This document shows positions 10,087 through 19,088 of a stretch of 64,000 nt of DNA, one piece after another. A program made the position numbers and the translations under genes. The DNA comes from Marsupella aquatica. Taxonomy: Eukaryota > Plantae > Marchantiophyta. Below the pieces are notes generated by a model that worked only from the letters and a program-made list of their open reading frames with translations, ran no database searches and was not told where the DNA came from. How positions within the stretch are numbered: position 1 is the first letter of the stretch; every line of letters begins with the position of its first letter. The DNA lies in contig OZ316897.1 of NCBI GenBank assembly GCA_973895155.1, positions 21,737,455 through 21,801,454 on the forward strand, written 5' to 3'.

Positions 10087-13038
10087 GTGGGCCCAGCAGC
10101 AGACGAACCTCCTAATACTGAGGCTAATAGGGATTTACACCATGATATGGGAGTGTCAGCTACCCTTGAGCCATTTGCACCAGAAGTATCCAAACTTGGA
10201 CTTCAGCCGGCAAACCTCACGGATGGAATTGTGGATCCAAAAGCTTGTCAGAAAATCGAAATTGAGCCAGGCAAGTTTTTGAATATTGGTAAGCATATCG
10301 AAGGAGAGCTACGGGAACAGTATATCAGTTTATTAACCCAGTATAAAGATGTCTTTGCCTGGAGTCATTCTGATTTAAAAGGTATCCATCCACATTTGGG
10401 CGAACATCGTATTGACCTTATGGAAGGAGCAGTACCTGTCCGACAGAGACAGTACCGTTTGAATCCCAAATATTCCATCCTGGTTAAAGACGAGTTGGAC
10501 AAGCTCACGACTGCTGGATTTATCTACCCGGTCTTGAGTAGTGAATGGGTCTCACCAATTGTCATTGTCCCCAAAAAGCCGGGACCCGATGGTAAAACGA
10601 AAATTCGCGTTTGTCAAGACTTCCGGAAGTTGAATGCTGCCACTCGGAAAGATCATTATCCTTTGCCATTTATTGATCTGGTACTTGATTCAGTGGCCTT
10701 GCATGAGTTATACAGTTTTTTAGATGGGTACTCTGGTTATAACCAGGTGTCCATTCGGAAGGAGGATCGCGACAAGACTACGTTCACCACCGACTGGGGT
10801 ACATATGCATTTACCATGATGCCTTTTGGGCTGTGTAATGCCCCGGGTACTTTTCAGCGCATTATGATGATTATTTTTCAAGAATATTTGCGGCATTTCA
10901 TGGAGATTTTTATTGACGACTTTTGTGTTTACGGGTCAGTGGCTGAACACCTCGTCCATTTGGAGAAGACATTTCAGAAGTGTAGAGAGGCTCAGTTGTG
11001 TCTTCATCCAGAAAAGTGCTTTATTGGTATGAAGGAGGGAATTTTGTTAGGCCATGTTATTTCACAACGCGGCATTGAGGTTGATACAGAGAAGGTTAGA
11101 GTAATTATGGAGTTGCAACCACCGACCGATTTAAAGCAGCTTCGTGCTTTTCTGGGACATGTGGGGTATTATCGTCGGTTCATTTATAAACATGCTAATA
11201 TTGCCTTACCCTTAACCCAACTGTTAAAAAGTGATGTGGAATATACATGGAATGAGGAGCGGCAGCAAGCATTCCAGTTGCTCAAGGATCGGTTAATCTT
11301 TGCACCTATTTTGTCACCCCCAGATTGGACTAAGAAGTTTCATGTCTTCATTGACTCTTCTGCGTTCTGCATTGGAGCTAATCTCAGTCAGAAGGATGTG
11401 GAAAACCGTGACCATCCAATTTACTATGCCAGCCGCCAAATGAGTGCAGCCGAGAAAAACTACTCCGTCACTGAACGGGAAGCTTTGGCCATCGTCTTTG
11501 CGTGTAAGAAATTTCGTCACTATTTGTTGGGGTATCAGGTTACTTTTCACACTGATCATAATTCCTTAAAATATTTGGTTAACCAAGTGGATCTCTCAGG
11601 ACGAGTAGCCCGCTGGGTTTTACTACTCCAAGAATTTGATTATGAAGTTCATGTCCGACCTGGCAAACATCATGAGAATGCAGACTTCCTATCTCGGTTA
11701 CCTGGTCCGGAGAATCAGCATAATCTCTCCGATGAATTTCCTGACGAGCATTTGTGGCACATTGAAGGGGAGTCTTCTCGATATTTTAATATTGTGCACA
11801 TGCTGCTTCATGGAACGTTCCCTGAAGGCTTTAATGCGGAAGAACGAGCTGTCTTTGCTCATAAGGTGGGTCCCTATACCATTATTCGGGGCACTTTGTT
11901 TAAACAAGGTCCTGATCAACAATTGCGACGTTGTCTAGAGGATAGGGAACTTCCCCAAGTAATTGAAGCTTTACATTCAGGAGAAACCGGTGGGCATTAT
12001 GCTGTGAATACCACAGTTAAGAAAATTTTGGATGCTGGATACTGGTGGCCTACTATGCATCGAGATACTTACAATTTTATTAAGACCTGTGATCCCTGTC
12101 AAAGGATCGGGAAGCCCACTGCTAGTTCCAAATGGCCTCTTACGCCTATCCTTCCGTTGGCACCATTTGAGAAATGGGGGATTGATTTTATTGGCCCAAT
12201 TTCTCCAGCAGCTCGGAAAAGCCGAAGCAAATATATTATTCTGGCCACTGATTATGCCACCAAATGGGTAGAGGCGAAAGCTACTCGCAAGAATGATGCT
12301 ATAACCGCAGCTGCATTTCTCTTTGAGCACATTATCACCCGGTTTGGTTGTCCTTTGGAGTTGGTAAGCGATAGGGGTTTGCATTTTCTTAACTCAACTA
12401 TTGAGTTAATCACTGACCTTTATCTTATCAAGCATCGCAAAACTACTCCTTACAACCCCCGAGCTAATGGCTTAACCGAGAGAGCTAATGGCATTATGGG
12501 CAAGATTCTGAATAAAATGGTAGCATCTCACAAGACAGATTGGGATGTGAAGCTCCATTCTGCATTATGGGCTTACCGCACCGCTGAGAAGATTACAACT
12601 CTTCACACCCCCTTCTATCTGACCTATGGCCTGAATAGTATTATTCCAATAGAATTTTCGTTACCAACGGAACGTATCTTGGTACCACACCGACTCTCTC
12701 CTTCAGATAGTCTCTCACATCGGTTTTCCAATATTGTTAAATTAGAAGAAGTTAGACTTTTAGCATTAGACCATACAGTCACCATTCAGAACCAGCGTAA
12801 ACTTGCTTATGATAAGAAGCTGCGCGTAGTGCAGTTAGATGTTGGTGATTTAGCATTAGTCTTTGATTCTCGTTATATGCTATTTCCTGGGAAACTTCAT
12901 ACTCATTGGATTGGTCCTTACCGAGTTACACACATCTGGGATAATGGTTCAGTTTCATTGACTACCTTAGATGGTCACCCACTTAACACTAGAATCAATG
13001 GGTTTAGGATTAAACGGTACTATGAGTCTTCCATTTAG
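10087..13038 (+). CDS. pol: Pol: reverse transcriptase, RNase H, integrase; frame open from 10066
   Basis: RT motifs LDGYSGYNQ, MPFGLCNAPGTFQ, FIDD; RH motifs IDSS, EREALAI, TDH; INT HHCC zinc finger, WGIDF, SDRG, ERAN, GPY. Confidence 0.96.
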   Translation: MGPAADEPPNTEANRDLHHDMGVSATLEPFAPEVSKLGLQPANLTDGIVDPKACQKIEIEPGKFLNIGKHIEGELREQYISLLTQYKDVFAWSHSDLKGIHPHLGEHRIDLMEGAVPVRQRQYRLNPKYSILVKDELDKLTTAGFIYPVLSSEWVSPIVIVPKKPGPDGKTKIRVCQDFRKLNAATRKDHYPLPFIDLVLDSVALHELYSFLDGYSGYNQVSIRKEDRDKTTFTTDWGTYAFTMMPFGLCNAPGTFQRIMMIIFQEYLRHFMEIFIDDFCVYGSVAEHLVHLEKTFQKCREAQLCLHPEKCFIGMKEGILLGHVISQRGIEVDTEKVRVIMELQPPTDLKQLRAFLGHVGYYRRFIYKHANIALPLTQLLKSDVEYTWNEERQQAFQLLKDRLIFAPILSPPDWTKKFHVFIDSSAFCIGANLSQKDVENRDHPIYYASRQMSAAEKNYSVTEREALAIVFACKKFRHYLLGYQVTFHTDHNSLKYLVNQVDLSGRVARWVLLLQEFDYEVHVRPGKHHENADFLSRLPGPENQHNLSDEFPDEHLWHIEGESSRYFNIVHMLLHGTFPEGFNAEERAVFAHKVGPYTIIRGTLFKQGPDQQLRRCLEDRELPQVIEALHSGETGGHYAVNTTVKKILDAGYWWPTMHRDTYNFIKTCDPCQRIGKPTASSKWPLTPILPLAPFEKWGIDFIGPISPAARKSRSKYIILATDYATKWVEAKATRKNDAITAAAFLFEHIITRFGCPLELVSDRGLHFLNSTIELITDLYLIKHRKTTPYNPRANGLTERANGIMGKILNKMVASHKTDWDVKLHSALWAYRTAEKITTLHTPFYLTYGLNSIIPIEFSLPTERILVPHRLSPSDSLSHRFSNIVKLEEVRLLALDHTVTIQNQRKLAYDKKLRVVQLDVGDLALVFDSRYMLFPGKLHTHWIGPYRVTHIWDNGSVSLTTLDGHPLNTRINGFRIKRYYESSI

Positions 13039-13060
13039 AATTCCACCTGGGACAGGTTGC

Positions 13061-13076
13061 AATTTAAGTGGAGGGC
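13061..13076 (+). other. Internal polypurine tract (PPT) just after pol
   Basis: AATTTAAGTGGAGGGC, identical to the 3' PPT at 16545-16560; both are preceded by GGGACA. Confidence 0.8.
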
Positions 13077-13170
13077 GGTAGTTATACTTAGTTAGAATTA
13101 GTGACCCTCCCTAGTAAGTATTCGGCATATTTTTTTTAATTTTTTTTAGTTACTTTCAGTTTTTACATTG

Positions 13171-13345
13171 GACGCTGTGAAAAGCGTCCATTGTAACTCG
13201 ACGCTGGGGAAGCGTCCACTTAGTTTACAAAGGACGTTGTGCAGAGGTCCGCTTTTGTATTAGTTCAGTTGCATGAGACGCTGTGAGCCGATGACTAGGC
13301 ATCTTGTACAATGGCGGATTGCGACAGCTCAACGGGACGCTGAGG
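13171..13345. promoter_or_regulatory. Third cluster of GACGCT..AGCGTC palindromes, upstream of the accessory ORF
   Basis: Copies at 13171, 13200 and 13233 (degenerate); half-sites at 13277 and 13336. Confidence 0.65.
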
Positions 13346-13422
13346 AGTAAGCAGTCGCGCTTCGCCCTAGTTCACTATGGAACACGATTCTCACTGAGCT
13401 TACGGAGCTAACAAGTCACGCG

Positions 13423-15996
13423 ATGGCGGAGACTGAGCTGACGACGCGACCAATACTCGCAGACATTCCATCGAATGCAGTGCATAGGCGGCAGTTGAAG
13501 ACGGCTCTGGCAAAAATGGGCTTGAAGAAGCTGCTTCAACTTCCTTGGAAGATTTGCGAATTCAGCCTTATCGATCAAGGTGTCTGGGACGCTGAAGAAA
13601 GGATTGGTGTGCGCTCGCGTCCCAGTGTTTGGACTGAAGCGCTCATAGCGAAGGTCTATTCGACGCCGATGGAGGGCGAGGATTTACAGAGGGTTGATTG
13701 TGAGCCTCGGGTTTATGTAGAATCCTTCTTCGCTCCAGGATCCTTCAAGAGGCGGAATGGATGGCTAGCGGCGGACTGCTTAGATAATTCTCTGCAGCGT
13801 CTATTTCGATTTCTGGCACCAATTTTCTACCCAGAAAGCCAGACGCGCATCACTCTTTCGTTCGCTGCAACGGTGATCTGTTCATTAGAACAGACGCAGT
13901 CTATCAATTGGACGAAGGTTTTGCACCGAGTAATTCATACTCAGGTCAAAAATTTTCGTAGCAGGCTGAAAACGGGGAAAATAAGGTGTACCTACTTGGC
14001 CCCTTATTTAGCTCACATTTACCATAAGTATGACTGTCTGCTTGTCTTGGAAAAAGATTTTTATCGCAACAATCAGAGAGCATCTACCGGTGAAGCAAAT
14101 TATATGCCTGAAGTACGAGAAGTCCGAGCCAATTCCACAGTGGTAGAGCTATGTGCAATACTCGACTGTGAGGAACCTGAACTGGTGGGTGAAGTTCGGA
14201 AATTGAAAGAGACAAGAGCATCAGCTGAAGGGAGTGACGATCCGATTCTTCACCAACCAAGAGAGGCTCAAGTTGCCGAAGATGTTCCTTCAGCAATGCC
14301 AACAGGGTTGGAGCATTCTATGTCACCTCGACTCTCGTGTTCACCTTGTGCTGCCGAGCCTATTTATGATGTTGATCAGGATAATTCTGCTTCTCGGATG
14401 AATGTTGAAGATGAGGTGAGGGTGGATGAAGAAGGTTTTTCAGGGGAACCTCTTCAACATTCTACTGCTGAGGACGAGTATGATGGATTTACTTCTACCC
14501 CTGTTTTGGTTCCCATAGAGGCAAATAGTGATGCTTTGCAGGCTTTACAGGAGTATGATTCGTCCGACTCTCTTAGTTCTAGCCCAAATATAGGTGAAAT
14601 CCCTCTGGTCCAGGAGTCAGAAATATTAAGCTCAGAAATTGTGAAGCTGGTTAAAGTTGATTCGGAGGATGCAATTGTGGATATAGACGAAGTAGGTGAA
14701 CCAGTGACTTCTCCCCAATCTGTCGCAAGATACCCTGCCTGGTCTACACCTGGTTCACTCATATCGATTCCTTTGGATATAACTAAGGAATTAGATGAGG
14801 CAATAGCCGCGATAGGAGCTCCTTCATTTCCGCCTGTAAAATGGGTTTCTCCTGAAGATGAGTTGATTGAAGGAGGCTCTGCTGGTTTTCCGAGTCGCAA
14901 TCAGGTATCTGGTAATATGGGTATATCTGTACCCATATTGGTACCCGAGACACCCGCTTCGACAACCAGCTCAGCACCAGTTTCATTGGCTACAAACGAG
15001 GATAAAAACATTCGGGAGGAGTTTTCAGTGACGTATACTCGAAAATCTTGGAAACGGTTGCGCCATGCTATCAGTCGACAGATCTTTCCTGAAGCATCTT
15101 CCCAGGATTTTGAACAGGGAGAAGCACCTATCGGAACAAACGAGCTACCCCTTCCTGTACTTTTGACAGATCGAACTAACCCGGAAGTCTCTTTACCTAG
15201 CGATAATTTTAAAGAAGAACTTCCTGTTTTAGTACCAATGCATCCCATTGCAGATCAACCAGCTACTGTTGCAAGAGAAGAATTTGAACCACTGGAGCCC
15301 GAACCTTCTGCTCCTTCGTCTCCTGTTACATTGCCAATTCGACCAGTTAAGGAGTCAGTGATTCCTTCCGCTATGCCAGATGTAATTTTCCGTTGGATAG
15401 GAGCACCAAGTGATGGAGAAGAAGACGAAGACCCTCGCATTATCAGAGTACCTCCTCGACTTCGGCATACAGTGGATTTGCCACCCCGAAATCCTATCCC
15501 TAATTTGGCTTCAATTCACAGGTGGGAGAAGAAACATTTTCGAGTAGCTTTTCGACATCTGGAGATGGAGAGCATTTTGCAGCAGCAGCAGATTTTGCCA
15601 ATGACATCCCATCCGAGGATTCGTAGTTTGATTCGCACATATGAACCTGGGAAGGCGGTTCCTCCCATTGATAAGGACAGACGACATAAGTTTTCGGAGT
15701 TCGAAATTTGGTGTTGGGTGTATATGCTTCGACGAGCTCAAGCTCCATTTCCGCCCCTTGTGCCGGAAATTCCATGGCCCTATCCATACTATGTTTGGGT
15801 TTGTCCTGGTGGGTTTGCTATTCCAATTAAATATGAGAAGAAGCTTGTTAAGCTAAGGGAGCAGTTGATTACAAAACAATGTATGCTACCGGCTTCCCAA
15901 GGGTTCAAGTCGCTTAGGTGTTTAGCGTTCCTACCTATTATTCCTTCTTATCCGGATGTGATTATTCAAGGTGTTTTATCTAGGACACAGATTTGA
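13423..15996 (+). CDS. Accessory ORF in the 'env-like' position, 857 aa: globular N-terminal domain, acidic/Pro/Ser-rich linker, basic/aromatic C-terminal domain
   Basis: Intact ATG-initiated ORF between the two PPTs; no obvious signal peptide or transmembrane segment; N-terminus (GLKKLLQLPW..NGW..DC..INW..YLAPYLAHIY) resembles the ORF in the 18622-22623 element. Confidence 0.85.
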   Translation: MAETELTTRPILADIPSNAVHRRQLKTALAKMGLKKLLQLPWKICEFSLIDQGVWDAEERIGVRSRPSVWTEALIAKVYSTPMEGEDLQRVDCEPRVYVESFFAPGSFKRRNGWLAADCLDNSLQRLFRFLAPIFYPESQTRITLSFAATVICSLEQTQSINWTKVLHRVIHTQVKNFRSRLKTGKIRCTYLAPYLAHIYHKYDCLLVLEKDFYRNNQRASTGEANYMPEVREVRANSTVVELCAILDCEEPELVGEVRKLKETRASAEGSDDPILHQPREAQVAEDVPSAMPTGLEHSMSPRLSCSPCAAEPIYDVDQDNSASRMNVEDEVRVDEEGFSGEPLQHSTAEDEYDGFTSTPVLVPIEANSDALQALQEYDSSDSLSSSPNIGEIPLVQESEILSSEIVKLVKVDSEDAIVDIDEVGEPVTSPQSVARYPAWSTPGSLISIPLDITKELDEAIAAIGAPSFPPVKWVSPEDELIEGGSAGFPSRNQVSGNMGISVPILVPETPASTTSSAPVSLATNEDKNIREEFSVTYTRKSWKRLRHAISRQIFPEASSQDFEQGEAPIGTNELPLPVLLTDRTNPEVSLPSDNFKEELPVLVPMHPIADQPATVAREEFEPLEPEPSAPSSPVTLPIRPVKESVIPSAMPDVIFRWIGAPSDGEEDEDPRIIRVPPRLRHTVDLPPRNPIPNLASIHRWEKKHFRVAFRHLEMESILQQQQILPMTSHPRIRSLIRTYEPGKAVPPIDKDRRHKFSEFEIWCWVYMLRRAQAPFPPLVPEIPWPYPYYVWVCPGGFAIPIKYEKKLVKLREQLITKQCMLPASQGFKSLRCLAFLPIIPSYPDVIIQGVLSRTQI

Positions 15997-16008
15997 AGGA
16001 CACCATTT

Positions 16009-16485
16009 ATGAGAGATATCAAACGGTGTTGTCATTTATATGTATATAAGCCGTTACTTTTGCAGCATCCTGCAATTGTTTCCTTCTTTCTCCTTCGAAT
16101 TGATATTTATCTGCTCATGTGGGACATCAAAGCTACTATGGATTGTTGGAATTCTTTACCCCGTGCTTTCCAACATTCCTTTGAAGGCAAGATCAAACTG
16201 GGAGGACATGCTATTCAACACTTTGTTATTGATCCAGGCTCTCGAATTAATTTCCTCTCCCACAGACTGTGCCAGCAATTTGTTCATCAAGAAGTACAAC
16301 CGATATCTGCTCAGATATCAATCGATGGACGAATCATTAATCTTTGGGGAAGAGTTAAAGGAGTCCCAATACAGATCGGAGAAGAATTCCATGACCTCGA
16401 TTTTTATATTCTGGATTCGGATATCTCCCAACTCCCGTCAATGATTTTGAGCACTACTTGGATTATTAAGCCAGAATATTATTAA
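16009..16485 (+). CDS. Second retropepsin-like (aspartic protease fold) ORF at the 3' end of the element
   Basis: FVIDPGSRINFLS..GRVKGVPIQIG..LDFYIL..MILSTTWI parallels the element's own protease (VPVDGGASVNLI..GKLTKVETLIAG..LDYVVI..VLLGRPWL); same frame as the 857-aa ORF, after one TGA. Confidence 0.65.
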   Translation: MRDIKRCCHLYVYKPLLLQHPAIVSFFLLRIDIYLLMWDIKATMDCWNSLPRAFQHSFEGKIKLGGHAIQHFVIDPGSRINFLSHRLCQQFVHQEVQPISAQISIDGRIINLWGRVKGVPIQIGEEFHDLDFYILDSDISQLPSMILSTTWIIKPEYY

Positions 16486-16544
16486 TGAAGAACATGTCAC
16501 TCGCTTCTGATTCAATTCGGTCATGTCTTGTGGGGACACGGCGA

Positions 16545-16560
16545 AATTTAAGTGGAGGGC
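16545..16560 (+). other. 3' polypurine tract
   Basis: AATTTAAGTGGAGGGC, 2 nt before the 3' LTR. Confidence 0.9.
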
Positions 16561-16562
16561 TA

Positions 16563-17952
16563 TGTGGTATGGGTGTCCCTGCAATTTTTTCTGGAAACTT
16601 GTTTATTTTTAGCATATCACAAGATTTACTTACACTTTAGACACCTTCCGGCCAACATTTACTTGTTCTGGACACTTATAGAAATATTTGACATCTCCGG
16701 CTTTCCTGACGATTCCTAGTGTACTTTGCCCGACGCTGTGACCAGCGCCCGTTTCTTTTACTCAAGACGCTGCGGAAGCGTCCAACCTCCTCATGACGCT
16801 TTTGGCAGTGCCCGACCGCCATCAAGACTCTATGAGGATTTCGACCGACGCTGTGGAAAGCGTCAGCTTCAACACACGACGCTGTGAGCAGCGTCCACCC
16901 TAGTATTGACGCTGTGAGCAGTGTGAGCAGCGTCCGTTGGTTTTACTTAAGACGCTTCTAGCAGCGTCCAGATTCTCCCGACGCTTCTAGCAGCGTCTGC
17001 TCAACACTTAGTTTTTGAAGTAGATTACTAGTAAAGTAGTATTCTACCACCCTTGTTGAAGTACTTATGCTGTGCTTCTCCCTTGTTTAGTTTTAAGCTT
17101 GGAAAGGCACGACTGTTCTTACCTCCTCCATTTTAGGATTCCAGCACTTATAAGACAGAGTAGAATGCTCATTTGAAGTAGAGAGAAATAGAGTTAATAC
17201 TGTATTCAGAATTGAGTCTTCTGAATAGTTTTCTCCTCCTTCCATTGTAACAAGGCATGCTGTGAGTGTTTTGTATGGAAGTAAAGCTATATTGATTGAA
17301 GTTAAGATTGAATTCAAGAGATTCCTGTGGTGATTGAATTCAGTTGCAGATTTCTGAAACTCGTATTGAATTCACTGCTAGGCTTGCTTGCAGAGTCGGG
17401 ATTCGCTAGCCAATTCAAGAATAGTTAATGATAAATGAGAAGTAAATTCTGATTCTCAGAGTAGTTAGTACTGTTGCTTTGATTCTGGAATATGGTTTAG
17501 AGTTTGACTGAATTGCGTATCGCTGATGTCAAACCATGTTGACGGCATTTTAAATCATATCATTCATTTGCAATCAGAAAGCTTCTGCTTCATCAGATTG
17601 AGAATTCCATTATCATTAACCTTTGTGTTTTGAAGAGTGAGATGGATGAATTATGAGATAGATTTCATGTCTATACTGAGCCCAAATCCTTTCTGAAGGA
17701 GTGGCAGTAGCAGCTTGTAGTCTCTAAATCCTTACTCATTTCTTCTCTAATTCATAAATCAGAAGTTCAGTTACTTTGTTGTTTGTTTATTCGATTTTTT
17801 TATTGAGAAGTGAAGTCAACATAGAGCTCAAGACTCTAAATCACTCGGAGTGATAAAAGTTATACAATTCATTCTGAAATCTGTTCTTAAAGGGATCGAA
17901 ACCCTGGTTTTAGGTGAGGAGAGTCACTTTTGATACTTAGCACTATACGACA
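16563..17952 (+). repeat. 3' LTR of the Athila-like element
   Basis: Near-identical direct repeat of 4404-5793; followed by TSD GCATC. Confidence 0.97.
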
Positions 17953-17957
17953 GCATC

Positions 17958-18616
17958 CTTTGCTCACTTGAAATTACAGCTAGAAGACTTACCATTTTCT
18001 GAAACAAAAACTCTTACTTTATGATACTGCGCTCACTTATACGAGCATAAAATGACAAGCTATAGAAAGAGTGGGACAGAAGTGTTAAATTATCAATAAT
18101 ACTAAAATCAAAAATAGATTGTACATGATTAGCAGGTTGAGAAATATCAGTAGAAGTCAATGACTTATCTTTGATGTTGGCAAGTTGAACACATAAGAAT
18201 TCAACTTTATAAGTCAAAGACTATAGTTGAGTAGCTTACGCATTGTAAGCCTTCTTTTGAGCTAGTTATTTTTTTTGCTGTTTCGACGGCCTATTTGAAC
18301 CTGATGCTTTGCCACTAAGGAGAAGCAATTGATATAGGGAAAGCCTTCCTAGCTGATGGGGAGTGGAAGGAGGATTAAAATGAGTGGTCTGCAGTTGTAG
18401 CTGTTTCCTCTCTAGAAATTTGGTAAAACAAATTGTTTCCAAGTAACCCACTTTCCCACATAAATCATAAGATAAATCATCGATAATAATATCACATTCA
18501 TTAGCCTTGTGATTAGGGTTTCCACAATAATTGCAAGATGATAGCATAAAATTAGCATTGTGAGTTGGTTTCGATTTGGAACCATATTGTGGCACATAGA
18601 AAGAACTCACCAATAT
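17958..18616 (-). pseudogene. Old, decayed retroelement gag fragment with two zinc knuckles; probably continues at about 22629-23300
   Basis: CNYCGNPNHKANEC and the degenerate (Y)DLCGKVGYLETIC; interrupted by the 18622-22623 insertion. Confidence 0.55.
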
Positions 18617-18980
18617 AGGGGTGTGACGTCGCCGGTATAGCGATTAATGAGTGATTCGGTCTAACTACGCTTAGCACGCGCGTTAGGAGTATCTTAGGCC
18701 GCTATTATTAGCATAACGACAGTATTTAGGTAATCATTATGGGTAGGACATCATTAGGCAATAAGGGGGAATTCGGGTTCGGACTGGCGGCGCGTCGCTA
18801 TTCACACACCTGGGTTACGAGCGTGGAGGGGCACCTCTCTCGGGTCCGTATAACGAACTTAAGGAAGCGACCACTGACACTCGCTGACTCAGACCGGCGG
18901 AGTGGTCGGTACACCACAAGCGTGAGCGGTTCAGCCTATGGGCGTCGAGGAGACGTCGGGGGATCGACAAGCCCTCAAGG

Positions 18981-18987
18981 TATAAAA
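18981..18987 (+). promoter_or_regulatory. TATA box upstream of the ORF inside the 4-kb element
   Basis: TATAAAA about 108 bp before ATG 19089. Confidence 0.5.
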
Positions 18988-19088
18988 GGGGAGCCAACCC
19001 TTTGTAGTGCACCAGTCCATCAGTCCACGCGCCAGCTTTGACCCCAGCTCGCTCGTTCACTCTTAGTAGCTGTTGCTATCTCCTCTGA

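Larger units (their letters stand above)
4404..17952 (+). mobile_element. Full-length, very young Ty3/gypsy LTR retrotransposon, non-chromovirus Athila-like, with 3' accessory ORFs
   Basis: Two 1390-bp TG..CA LTRs; TSD GCATC (4399-4403, 17953-17957); PBS; PPT; gag-PR-RT-RH-INT order; no chromodomain; accessory ORFs between duplicated PPTs. Confidence 0.97.

Noticed and set aside
7247-15787. Numerous antisense and alternate-frame ORFs overlapping gag, pol and the accessory ORF
   Set aside because: Shadow ORFs of long coding frames, with no independent motifs.
13423-15996. Calling the accessory ORF a true envelope protein
   Set aside because: No signal peptide, transmembrane helix or fusion-protein pattern is visible; only its position is env-like.
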